From Candidatus Levyibacteriota bacterium (GTDB taxonomy: Bacteria > Patescibacteriota > Microgenomatia > Levybacterales > UBA12049), in the NCBI GenBank assembly GCA_027459745.1, contig DAIDHL010000001.1, positions 168,290 through 232,289 on the forward strand: a stretch of DNA of 64,000 nt. Direction: 5' to 3'. The first letter of the stretch is position 1. Each line of letters begins with the position of its first letter. The position numbers and the translations under genes were made by a program. Of this stretch, positions 38,484 through 47,689 are shown one piece after another. Below the pieces are notes generated by a model. That model was not told the origin of the DNA and made no database searches. It saw only the letters and a list, made by a program, of their open reading frames with translations.

Positions 38484-40016
38484 ATGGCTGGAGCTGAACT
38501 AACTAAACAAGCAATTATTTACATCCGAGTCTCAAGCGAAGAACAGGTTGAAAATTTTTCATTGGATACACAAGATGATATTTGCAGAAAAGAAGCAACT
38601 AGGCGAGGTTTTCAAATAATTGAAATCTTTCGGGAAGAAGGAAAGTCTGCAAAAACTATAACGGGCAGACCAGAGTTGATGAAGCTATTAGATTATTGTC
38701 GAAGAAACCGCAGACATGTTGATGCAGTATTTGTATACAGACTTGATCGTATATCTCGACAAACATCTGACTACTTAGCTATTCGAAAACGCTTGGCAGA
38801 TTATGGCATTTCCTTAATTTCAGCTAATGAACCTACTGGAAACTCCCCAACAGAGAAATTATTGGAAACAATTATTGCCAGTTTTGCTCAACATGATAAT
38901 GATGTTCGTTCAGAACGAACAAAAAATGGCTTACGCACAAGATTTCTTGCTGGTATGTGCACGGGCAAAGTGCCAATAGGATACGTTATGGAAGGCGGTT
39001 ATGCAGTAAAAGATAAAAATTTTGAAAATATGAAGAAAGCTTGGAATCTTATGGCAACAGGAACAAAGAGTCTTTCAGAAATGGCTGCGATTATGAATGA
39101 ATGGGGAATACGAAAAGTTGTTGCTGGTAAAGAGCATAAACTACGAATGCAAACAGTCGGTAGATTATTTAGACATAAATTTTATATGGGTGTTCTGACC
39201 TCTACAAAATATCCAGAAGAGATTCGAGGACAACATGAGGCAATGGTAACGGAAGAGCAATTTTATAAAGTACAAGCAATTATAGATGGCAGGAATGTCA
39301 GTGGGATGACTATTGGTAAGCGACTCAATGAGAACCCAGATTTTCCTTTACGACGAGTAATTAAATGTGGAAAATGTGGAGGAGTTTTATCCGGCGCTTG
39401 GAGTAAGGGGAGATCAAAACGATATGCTTACTATATCTGTAAAAACCGTTGTGGTGCTCCATCTATTGCTGTTAAAAAATTGGACGACTCACTCATACAA
39501 TACTTCCAAGATATTACGCCTACTAAAGATCAACTAGATGTATTTCTGATTGTGTTAAGAAAAATGTTTTATCAAAGCCTATCGGGGCTTCAAGCAAAAC
39601 GAGTGATAGCTCAAGAAGAAATATATAAGCTAAAACAAATGAGACAAAAGCTTGTAGAAAAAAATTTGGCAGGGGTCTATTCAGATGAGATATTTAAAGA
39701 GCAAAGGGTTATTATTGAAGACAAAATTGCTACTGCTGAAAGTATTTTAGGACAGACAATTTTTGATAAATACAATTTTGATGATGTCGAGAAATTTATG
39801 CGTGCAAAATTTAAGGATCTCGGTCAAACTTACATAGATTCTGAGCCTGGGGTTCGTCGTGTGCTGCTTGGTTCGATATGTCCCGCTGGGTTGGCATGGT
39901 CATATTCTGGCTTATCGAATCGCGAGTTTAACAAGCAATATCAGGCTATTCTTGATATAGGAAGTGGTAATTTTGCAATGAGTACCCCATCTGGGACGAT
40001 GTTCGTACCTATCTAG
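38484..40016 (+). CDS. large serine recombinase (resolvase + recombinase + zinc ribbon + coiled coil)
   Basis: YIRVSSEEQ catalytic Ser, SAK..RP, DRISR, PIGY, FYMG, CGKCG..YYIC..C. Confidence 0.95.
   Translation: MAGAELTKQAIIYIRVSSEEQVENFSLDTQDDICRKEATRRGFQIIEIFREEGKSAKTITGRPELMKLLDYCRRNRRHVDAVFVYRLDRISRQTSDYLAIRKRLADYGISLISANEPTGNSPTEKLLETIIASFAQHDNDVRSERTKNGLRTRFLAGMCTGKVPIGYVMEGGYAVKDKNFENMKKAWNLMATGTKSLSEMAAIMNEWGIRKVVAGKEHKLRMQTVGRLFRHKFYMGVLTSTKYPEEIRGQHEAMVTEEQFYKVQAIIDGRNVSGMTIGKRLNENPDFPLRRVIKCGKCGGVLSGAWSKGRSKRYAYYICKNRCGAPSIAVKKLDDSLIQYFQDITPTKDQLDVFLIVLRKMFYQSLSGLQAKRVIAQEEIYKLKQMRQKLVEKNLAGVYSDEIFKEQRVIIEDKIATAESILGQTIFDKYNFDDVEKFMRAKFKDLGQTYIDSEPGVRRVLLGSICPAGLAWSYSGLSNREFNKQYQAILDIGSGNFAMSTPSGTMFVPI
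39820..39987 (+). repeat. direct repeat copy 2 (within recombinase 3' end)
   Basis: Matches 33400-33567; followed by TCGTACC (40003-40009) at the same offset as TCGAACC in copy 1. Confidence 0.97.
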
Positions 40017-40086
40017 CTTCACTTGATAAAAAAGAAAAAGAAGTCCTTAAATTGATGTTTTCCTCAAAAAGTAAGGAGGAAACACA

Positions 40087-40578
40087 ATGTTAGATTTCTG
40101 GAAACGAAAACAAACAAAGGTTGTTTCAGTTTTGCTTACCTCAATTCTACATGATGAAACAACATTTTATCAAGCATTCTTAAAAGATTTACAAGCTGCA
40201 AAAAGAGAGGTCATCATTGAGAGTCCGTATATTACGAGTTATCGAATGCGGATGCTTTACCCAATCTTTGCAAAATTACTTCATCGAGGGATAAAAGTAT
40301 TTATCATAACTCGTCCTCCACAAGAGCATGACAGCGAAAAGATGCGTGCACAAGCAGAGATAGAAATTCGTCGCTTTGAACAAATTGGCATTCAAGCACT
40401 CCTTTGTGTTGGTAGTCATCATAGAAAGCTTGCAATGATTGATCGGAATATTTTATGGGAAGGTAGCTTAAATATTCTCTCTCAGTCATACAGTCGGGAA
40501 TATATGCGAAGAATTGCCAGTCACCAAATCACACAGGATACCTTTATATTTTTAAAATTTGATAAGATTATTTATTGA
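40087..40578 (+). CDS. single-domain phospholipase D-like nuclease
   Basis: IESPYI, HRKLAMID (HxKx4D), GSLN. Confidence 0.85.
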   Translation: MLDFWKRKQTKVVSVLLTSILHDETTFYQAFLKDLQAAKREVIIESPYITSYRMRMLYPIFAKLLHRGIKVFIITRPPQEHDSEKMRAQAEIEIRRFEQIGIQALLCVGSHHRKLAMIDRNILWEGSLNILSQSYSREYMRRIASHQITQDTFIFLKFDKIIY

Positions 40579-40640
40579 GAGTATAAAAATTGTAGTTTAT
40601 GTTTGCGAAAACAGAAAATATGTGGTAGAAAGGAGGTACT

Positions 40641-40877
40641 ATGGACGATAAAAATGTTGCTATTGAAAAATTTGGACTGGTTATTGATGCATTAACGTAT
40701 GCACATGAGAATAATCTGGATATTAACAGCAAGGAAGATGTTAAAAAAATATTACTTGCACTTGAGCATGATCAGGTAAATGATGAGGAAGTTGACGAGT
40801 TTATGCTTTTGCTTCAAGCAGGGAATATGTTTATAGAAAAAGATGCCCAAAAGCGAAAAACATCAATGCTTAATTGA
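40641..40877 (+). CDS. hypothetical protein
   Basis: 78-aa acidic ORF with strong SD AAAGGAGGT. Confidence 0.7.
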   Translation: MDDKNVAIEKFGLVIDALTYAHENNLDINSKEDVKKILLALEHDQVNDEEVDEFMLLLQAGNMFIEKDAQKRKTSMLN

Positions 40878-40889
40878 CATAAACGTGCC

Positions 40890-41201
40890 CTACGAGTACT
40901 TCATCCCAAAAGAAGCATCCGACATGAGAAGGTAAATAATCCCTTCGAAAAAACCAATGATGCCTGGAATACCTGTCCAGCAGAAAAACAGATAAATAAC
41001 TCCTTGAATTGGTCTGCCTAAATAGAATTTATGGATACCAATGTCACCTAGAAATATAGCAAGCAAAGCAGCAGTAATTCTGCTTTTCGTTGTTCTCATT
41101 TCCATTTGCGAAGTGAGATTAGTACGCACTTGTCGTCTGTATGCTTCTTCCTCTTCAATTTTCTTTTTTTCTGCTTCAGTGAGTGCCATAAGTGGCAACA
41201 C
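40890..41201 (-). CDS. TM2/NINE domain membrane protein
   Basis: KSRITAALLAIFLG.IGIHKFYLG. Confidence 0.88.
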   Translation of the reverse strand: MLPLMALTEAEKKKIEEEEAYRRQVRTNLTSQMEMRTTKSRITAALLAIFLGDIGIHKFYLGRPIQGVIYLFFCWTGIPGIIGFFEGIIYLLMSDASFGMKYS

Positions 41202-41297
41202 TATATCAAATTGTTGAGCTTATTGCTAGATGCTAGAGATACTGGGAGTTAGCAACTTCCGCTTTGGTGGCACGAGCTCTTCTGCTATAATTCAGCC

Positions 41298-42305
41298 ATG
41301 GCAGATAGTATTCCAGTCAACAAATATATAGGGTATTTACGCTATACAGGAGATTTAGTATCGGATGGCATACTCGATGCAAAACAAGCATCAGATGCAC
41401 TTCGTGGTTTTGACGAGATTTTAAGATTTTTTATAACTCGAGAAAATTCTCAGTTACAAACAGTACCTTTTGAGATTCCTGTATTAATACAAAAAGGTAG
41501 TTGGGAAGCTGTCATTCCGGAGATAGTTAGTAAGATATTGAGTCCAACAGGTATCGCTGAAGCAACTAGTGCAACATATTTAACTGTTAGCGCTAAAAAA
41601 GCTGCAACCGATGGTTTTCTTGAGACAGGAGCTGCGAAAGATATAGCAAAAACATTTAAAGCGGGAATAAGGAGTGCTCAGTGGGTTATTAAAATTGCCA
41701 CGCATCTAAAATCGATTTCACGTAAGGATTTGAATCCGAAAATCATTCGGGACGGAAAGGAAATATTTATCGAAATACCAAATGAAGATGGCAAAACGTT
41801 CATTGTGCCTAAAAAATATTATGATCTCTTTATGATATCGCCGGTAAAATTATTTTCTAATCCAGTTCGTCTTGTTGAAAAAGGTAGAATATTCGAATTA
41901 GGAGTATACGACAACGGAAAGGAAGAAAAAGTAACTATATCCGAAGATGAAAAAGGAATATTTTATTCTGGAGAGGAAGAAGAAGTCCTATTTCCTGAAT
42001 TAAAACACGGCCAATCAGTTGAACTTGAAGGTACTATAACAAAAGGCAATGAAAAATCCAATACGATAGGATTCGAATATTTAGGTCATATATTAACTGC
42101 AAAGCCAGCAGAAGGTAGTATTGTTAACTATAAAAATAGAATAGTTTCCTCTAGTGAAGACCATATTTTCCCACGAGTCAAAATTTCAGGCGTTATCGAT
42201 AGAGCTTATGATTTAAAAGAAGGTGAATTACAAAAAAAACGTCCAATGATAGTTTTTATAAAAATAACTCCGATAGATATCCAAAACGAACAACAGCATA
42301 TTTAA
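41298..42305 (+). CDS. hypothetical protein
   Basis: 335-aa ORF; leaderless TATAAT-6-ATG. Confidence 0.75.
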   Translation: MADSIPVNKYIGYLRYTGDLVSDGILDAKQASDALRGFDEILRFFITRENSQLQTVPFEIPVLIQKGSWEAVIPEIVSKILSPTGIAEATSATYLTVSAKKAATDGFLETGAAKDIAKTFKAGIRSAQWVIKIATHLKSISRKDLNPKIIRDGKEIFIEIPNEDGKTFIVPKKYYDLFMISPVKLFSNPVRLVEKGRIFELGVYDNGKEEKVTISEDEKGIFYSGEEEEVLFPELKHGQSVELEGTITKGNEKSNTIGFEYLGHILTAKPAEGSIVNYKNRIVSSSEDHIFPRVKISGVIDRAYDLKEGELQKKRPMIVFIKITPIDIQNEQQHI

Positions 42306-42314
42306 CCTGTTCGT

Positions 42315-42926
42315 TTAAGGATCACCTTGTAAAAACGTCCTCGGATTCACAGGAATCCCATACACATTTATTTGGAAATGGACATGCGGCCCCGTTGCAT
42401 TCCCCGTTTCTCCTTCATACCCAATAACATCACCTGTATCAACAGTTGCTCCCACTTTCGTATTCAGTGCTTCCATGTGTCCATAAAGACTCGTGACATG
42501 ATCACCGTTGTCTATAATCACATGTATACCATACCCCGAGTTATCCTCTCCTGCATAAATCACCGTGCCTTTCGCGAATGGATGAATCGGGTCACCTTGT
42601 TCTCCGTTTGGGTCTGCAATATCAATGCCCGTATGCAGAATTTGGTACGGCGGATCCGGTTGTCCAAACTCCAATGTTACGACTCCCTGCATCGGCCACG
42701 CCATTGCAGCAGTGAAATCTGTAATAGTTCCATCAAGATTATGAATCTCAACCGTATTTGTCTTTGTATCAAGAGTAACGAGTTTATCCGATACAGATTG
42801 AAAACCGAAGCTGGTTATTACGATGATGCCAATAAGCGGAAGCAGGAGAATAAAGAGGAACATACCGGCAACAATTTTTAATTCATTGCGAAAGGAGAAA
42901 AGGGTAAAAGCAGCAAAAGGTAGCAT
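42315..42926 (-). CDS. M23 family peptidoglycan endopeptidase of the conjugation module
   Basis: HTGID, YGHM, TGPHVHF; N-terminal TM helix. Confidence 0.9.
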   Translation of the reverse strand: MLPFAAFTLFSFRNELKIVAGMFLFILLLPLIGIIVITSFGFQSVSDKLVTLDTKTNTVEIHNLDGTITDFTAAMAWPMQGVVTLEFGQPDPPYQILHTGIDIADPNGEQGDPIHPFAKGTVIYAGEDNSGYGIHVIIDNGDHVTSLYGHMEALNTKVGATVDTGDVIGYEGETGNATGPHVHFQINVYGIPVNPRTFLQGDP

Positions 42927-42929
42927 TGG

Positions 42930-44762
42930 TTAGAGATATATCTCCTTTGGATCTGTTGTCAGCAACGGATGTTCTTTTTCGCTTGCGACTACTTTGACAG
43001 CCACATGATTTTGGTCGGCAATAATCAGTGCCTCGCCTCTATCGCAGGTAAGGAGGAATTGTTGTTCATATTCACTTAAATGAAATTCTTCAGTCACTTT
43101 TTTTATTGTGGTTGTGTCCTGACGCATCAGAATGCGCAAAGAGGACTGTGACGCAATCGCTCGTCCATAATCTTGTCTGAGAAAATCTTGGGCTTGCTGG
43201 GAGATAATTGTAACACCAAGATAATATTTTCTGGCGCGCCGAACCAATCCAGCGATAAATCGTGCACTTTCTTCATGTTCAAGTAACATCCATCCTTCAT
43301 CAATGACGAGAAGGCGTTTCTGCGGATGAGACTTCACTTGAGCATCAACAAAGTTTGCAATCACCACCATCATAATTTGCCGTATGGATTCATGCAGGTC
43401 TTTAATATCAAAAATAACCAATCGGTTATCAAGCTGAATATTGGTTTGTTCATTAAAAACGTTTGCGAGTGAACCTTTGACAAACCGCTCGAGCCGATGA
43501 CAAATATCTTTTTGTTTCATAACTCGAAGTGTCTGGTATAAATCCTCAATAAGTGGGAAATCTTCTTTGGCTTTTCCTTTTTTCTTCTCACTCATGGTAT
43601 ATCCAAAGTTTTTGTATGTTTGTAATATTGCCTTATCCATCACGGCTCGTTCTTCAGGTGATAAACTCCCAACCATTAACGAAATAATTTCAGTGAGATT
43701 TTGGATGTGTTCTGCCAGGGCATTGTCGCCAGTAAATGACACAGTTGAAAAATCAAACGGATTTATCTTTTCTTTACTGGAACTGGATAATTTGATGAAT
43801 GTTCCTTTCACAGATTTTGCCAGTTGTTTATATTCTCCCTCGGGGTCAATGACAATCACTTTCGTCCCCTGCATGAGATGACGAAGGATTTCTACTTTTG
43901 TGGTATAACTTTTCCCACTGCCAGATTGAGCAAAGATTATAGAGTTTGCGTTATTAAGAGAGAAACGATCAACAATAACGAGTGAGTTATTTGATTTATT
44001 TATCCCATACAAAATACCTGACTCTTGAACGAGTTCTGAAGAAACAAACGGAAACGTAAGTGCTGCACTGGAACTATCTAGGTTTCGTCTCTGCATCAAT
44101 ATATTTTCCCCTCGCGGCAAAATAGATTGAATTCCTTCAAGCTGTTGAAACGTTGCAGTTTTGATGTAGAACAAACGACTGGACATAACTGTTTCAAGAA
44201 TTTTAGTGATTTTATTCAACTCCGCTAACGAATCGGCGGTGATTGCCATGTAAATAGAAATTTGAAATAGTTTCTCTTTGCCGCGTTGAATGTTATCTTT
44301 CAACTGAATTGCAGAATCTAATGGGTCAGTGATTTCAGATCCAACAATTCTACCGTTTTTAATCATTGCCCGTTTTGTTGCTTCAAGTTCGGTGATCTTG
44401 CGGTTTAATTTTGGCAAAGCCAGTAGGGGATCAACTTGTTCAATATGGTATGAGATATCTATGTTGTAATTGAAGTTGATCAGCATGTTCAGCCAGCCAG
44501 TACCTGCAACATACGGATAGCCTGAGATAAAAAGTGTACGAATATATGTATCACCCATTTGAATGTATGATGAACTTTCTTCAAGTCCTGAGTACGACAG
44601 GAGATCAATTTGGTCTTGCTCGCCAAAATTAAATTGGAAGGACTTCTTGAGCAACTCCTTCTTCTTGTTTTTTCGTTTTAGCTTCTTACGCAATTGCTTT
44701 GCAAGTTTTTGCATATCAACTGTGGGTAATTTTTGTAATGGTAGTTGGGATAAGTTAAACAT
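42930..44762 (-). CDS. VirB4/TraC-like conjugation ATPase
   Basis: AQSGSGKS, IDPEGEY, INPFD, VIDEGW, RRARKY. Confidence 0.92.
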   Translation of the reverse strand: MFNLSQLPLQKLPTVDMQKLAKQLRKKLKRKNKKKELLKKSFQFNFGEQDQIDLLSYSGLEESSSYIQMGDTYIRTLFISGYPYVAGTGWLNMLINFNYNIDISYHIEQVDPLLALPKLNRKITELEATKRAMIKNGRIVGSEITDPLDSAIQLKDNIQRGKEKLFQISIYMAITADSLAELNKITKILETVMSSRLFYIKTATFQQLEGIQSILPRGENILMQRRNLDSSSAALTFPFVSSELVQESGILYGINKSNNSLVIVDRFSLNNANSIIFAQSGSGKSYTTKVEILRHLMQGTKVIVIDPEGEYKQLAKSVKGTFIKLSSSSKEKINPFDFSTVSFTGDNALAEHIQNLTEIISLMVGSLSPEERAVMDKAILQTYKNFGYTMSEKKKGKAKEDFPLIEDLYQTLRVMKQKDICHRLERFVKGSLANVFNEQTNIQLDNRLVIFDIKDLHESIRQIMMVVIANFVDAQVKSHPQKRLLVIDEGWMLLEHEESARFIAGLVRRARKYYLGVTIISQQAQDFLRQDYGRAIASQSSLRILMRQDTTTIKKVTEEFHLSEYEQQFLLTCDRGEALIIADQNHVAVKVVASEKEHPLLTTDPKEIYL

Positions 44763-45375
44763 AGGTATTTGCTAAGAGCATATCAATTGTTTGACCTTTC
44801 AATGCCTGTGTTTTGATTTGAGATGGATTGTAAAAGGAATAAAAAAGATCGAGTAATTCAAGACTTGTTACTTGTCGTGCTTTCATCCCTAATTTTTCTA
44901 TTCCTTTACTCACAATATCTCGTTGCAAGTGAAGATGCTCTTTGACTGTTGCAAAATCGTTCTGTTTTCCGATGTGACGATAAGGAATAACGACGTAAAA
45001 TCGGCGGGAAAGAATTTTATTGCCGGACACCATTTGTTTGATAAAGGAACAATAGGTATCAATTTGCTCTTTGTACATTGTTTCTTTCTCCTGTAATTTT
45101 TTGGCTTTAATCTGTTCCACATAGGAATCAATATCAACTTCACGAACTCTGATTAGCATTTGCAAAGGACAAGGCAATGAGTTTAAAAAGTTTTGAAAGC
45201 TATCAATCAGCACATCTTGCTCTTCCTCACTTTTTAATTCAAAATTAATACTCGATGTTTCAAGCACCAAACGATATTCATTATTTGGTAATACTAAGAT
45301 ATTATCCTTTACTTCTTTAATCTGAATTTGTCGGCGGCTGCTCGCCATCTTATTTGATTTGTTCAAGACCAACAT
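44755..45375 (-). CDS. conjugation protein preceding VirB4
   Basis: INFELKS.EEQ..FLNSL, RRFYVVI; SD AAAGGAGG before ATG 45375; overlaps the VirB4 start. Confidence 0.7.
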   Translation of the reverse strand: MLVLNKSNKMASSRRQIQIKEVKDNILVLPNNEYRLVLETSSINFELKSEEEQDVLIDSFQNFLNSLPCPLQMLIRVREVDIDSYVEQIKAKKLQEKETMYKEQIDTYCSFIKQMVSGNKILSRRFYVVIPYRHIGKQNDFATVKEHLHLQRDIVSKGIEKLGMKARQVTSLELLDLFYSFYNPSQIKTQALKGQTIDMLLANTYV

Positions 45376-45865
45376 CGAGTCCTCCTTTCTTATTTGTTTT
45401 GACAAAAAATGTAAACGCAGGATTTTGCAATACAGTTTCCAGTCGTATCATGTCTGCCCCTTCTAATACGGGAACTACCGTTTTCTCTTTGGCGGTTGAC
45501 CTCATCTTCTTAAAAATTTTGAATGGTTTCTTTTCAATTTTCGGCAGATACATCTCACGTAAGTAGGTCTCATTTTTATTCAGCACATACCATCTTGGTC
45601 GAAGATTATATCGAAGTAAAATACCTGCCCAATTCAAGACAACCTTTCCTTTTATCCGCAGCGAAAGAGTGACACAAATGATCGCAACAATAAACGCGAT
45701 AACAATTTTTATCACACTCACATGGAGTTTCGGTGGAAGAAGAATAAATTCGACTGTTGTCCAGAAGACAGGAACCATTAATAAAAGAAGTTGTGTCAGA
45801 TTTAAACTCCCTGCAATTCGGTCTTCAACTGTCGTAATTTGAGCTGGAATCACTCTTGTTCTCAT
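45350..45865 (-). CDS. PrgI family protein (VirB3-like)
   Basis: IP......ED.I.G.L.L.Q, two TM helices, RPR.YV. Confidence 0.8.
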   Translation of the reverse strand: MRTRVIPAQITTVEDRIAGSLNLTQLLLLMVPVFWTTVEFILLPPKLHVSVIKIVIAFIVAIICVTLSLRIKGKVVLNWAGILLRYNLRPRWYVLNKNETYLREMYLPKIEKKPFKIFKKMRSTAKEKTVVPVLEGADMIRLETVLQNPAFTFFVKTNKKGGLDVGLEQIK

Positions 45866-47157
45866 GCGTTGATATACCTCCGTTTTAGTTTCGCTTCAGC
45901 ATTGTCATCTTCGGTATACCCAGCGTTTGACCCCTCTTGTTTGTGTGTCGTCATCGTGTTGACCATCTGACTTCCCATATGAATAAGAGCGCTCAGTCGG
46001 GATGTATAAAACATCATTTGAAACATCCAGGTAGGAATTCGCAGAAGTGTCAAGAAAAGCCCGATTGCAATAACTATTGAAAGAAGAGAACTATCGGGAT
46101 TATCTGGCAACGCGAGGAAAGAGGACGCAAGTTGAATCACAACGACATGAACAAAGATCATGAAAACAGTGACAACGTATCCTTTGACCGCTGCTTCGGC
46201 GAAATCTGAGGTTTTCGGTATTGCCCACATCAGAAATATGAAAGGAGAAAGCACACCGGCAAGGGCAACAAGAATGAGGCGGACGATGTACATAAATAAC
46301 AATATGATGGCCACAATGAGAAAGATAACGAAAAAGATAAGCGTAATTAATTTTGTATTGCCTGTTAAGAGACTCACGGGATTAATTGCATTGACCACCC
46401 ATGCATGATCCAACCCTCCGGTTGTATTAATAACTTCCTTGACAAGAGCATTACATGTTGTGATGACGTAATCACAAAGAAACAAAGAGACATTCGCACC
46501 AAGGAAGGATAATCCAATTCTCGGCAATAAATGTTTGAGTTCTATTTCCTCAAACCCAAAGGTTGATGCAGACATGAAATGTAATCCAAGTAGTGCAACA
46601 ACGACAACAAAGAGTGAATCAACAATTCCTAGACTAATTGCCCAGAAATGAAAGACAACAGAATTTGTGAGAAGACTTGGTGTCGTGGTGAGATAGCTAA
46701 TGATTGCATTCACAATAGGTTGTGTAGCGCTTTGTACTACATCCTGCAATAAGCCAATGACGGCGTTAATAAGGACTTGCGCGACTCCATCGTTGGGTGT
46801 TTGCGTAGCAAGTGGTGAGAGCGTAAGTGCTTGCGTTGTGGTACTTGCAGTGGGGCTAAGTAATGCGCCTTGCAGAAGGGAGATAACAACATTTGCTCCA
46901 AGAACAAGAGCTAATCCGATGACGGCATTTCTGATCGTTTTCTTGGCGTTTTCTAACGCTTCCGGATGACCGGTTGAGGTCATGTAGTGATAGCCGCCTT
47001 TGATTAAAAAAAATGCCGCCGAAGCGGACGCGAGAAGAGTAATCAGTTGCAACGTATCATTCGTGTAGTTGCTCATATCCGTTCCTACTGCAAACACAGG
47101 AGGAACGACCATAAGATATGTAATAGCTCCGAAAAGAGCATAGAAAGTCTTTTTCAT
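45862..47157 (-). CDS. VirB6/TrbL-like polytopic membrane protein with N-terminal VirB2-pilin-like domain
   Basis: N-terminal GGY.YMTS.G.PE....AKKTI.NAVIGL pilin-like motif, many TM helices, R......LSP..F....P; start MKKTF at 47157. Confidence 0.75.
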   Translation of the reverse strand: MKKTFYALFGAITYLMVVPPVFAVGTDMSNYTNDTLQLITLLASASAAFFLIKGGYHYMTSTGHPEALENAKKTIRNAVIGLALVLGANVVISLLQGALLSPTASTTTQALTLSPLATQTPNDGVAQVLINAVIGLLQDVVQSATQPIVNAIISYLTTTPSLLTNSVVFHFWAISLGIVDSLFVVVVALLGLHFMSASTFGFEEIELKHLLPRIGLSFLGANVSLFLCDYVITTCNALVKEVINTTGGLDHAWVVNAINPVSLLTGNTKLITLIFFVIFLIVAIILLFMYIVRLILVALAGVLSPFIFLMWAIPKTSDFAEAAVKGYVVTVFMIFVHVVVIQLASSFLALPDNPDSSLLSIVIAIGLFLTLLRIPTWMFQMMFYTSRLSALIHMGSQMVNTMTTHKQEGSNAGYTEDDNAEAKLKRRYINA

Positions 47158-47170
47158 ACTATAAATACTC

Positions 47171-47512
47171 CTACTGAGCAGCCTGTGCTGTACCAAAGGC
47201 AGTCGTTGCAAGATCTGAAACGATGTGCGAGAGTACAAATGCACCAAGCACAACAGCTAAACCAACAGCTGAGTACATAATTGTTTTTTTTGATCGATCG
47301 AGCTGTTCAGGATTTCCTGAACTTGTAATGTAGCCAATTCCTCCCATGACGAAGAACCCGACTGAGATAGCAGCTGCAAGAGAAACGAGTACTTGCACAA
47401 TACTTTGAATAAATGTCTGAATTTTTGTGACATCTGCAGAAGCTGCAAAGGCTGGAGTTACAACGATAAGAGAAGTTATTAGAACTGCTTGTAGGTAGAT
47501 AATTTTTCTCAT
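47171..47512 (-). CDS. TrbC/VirB2-like pilin
   Basis: Signal peptide (PAFA), GGI.YITS.GNPE....KKTI..S.VGL; SD AAAGGAGG. Confidence 0.82.
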   Translation of the reverse strand: MRKIIYLQAVLITSLIVVTPAFAASADVTKIQTFIQSIVQVLVSLAAAISVGFFVMGGIGYITSSGNPEQLDRSKKTIMYSAVGLAVVLGAFVLSHIVSDLATTAFGTAQAAQ

Positions 47513-47539
47513 AGTCCTCCTTTCTGTAAAGTTTTAGAC

Positions 47540-47564
47540 AAAAAAAGCCGCCCGTCTGAGCAGC
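47540..47564 (-). terminator. intrinsic-terminator-like hairpin just upstream of the conjugation operon
   Basis: Minus strand GCUGCUC-AGAC-GGGCGGC followed by U7, 27 nt before the pilin ATG. Confidence 0.6.
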
Positions 47565-47689
47565 CGTAATTTATGAAATATGTATATCAAAAATTTATAC
47601 GAATTGCAATACTCAGCAGTAAGCAAAAATGATAACAAGAACAAAATAGGATAAGAATTCCTGGCAATTATCTAAGAGTTTAGTATAGA

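Larger units (their letters stand above)
33564..39984. mobile_element. 6.4-kb integrative mobilisable element (recombinase, relaxase, defence cargo, no T4SS)
   Basis: Bounded by att-like cores 6420 bp apart; encodes a large serine recombinase and a Replic_Relax protein. Confidence 0.75.

Noticed and set aside
33400-39987. Repeat pair as a diversity-generating retroelement TR/VR
   Set aside because: The four mismatches are not adenine-specific and there is no reverse transcriptase in the window
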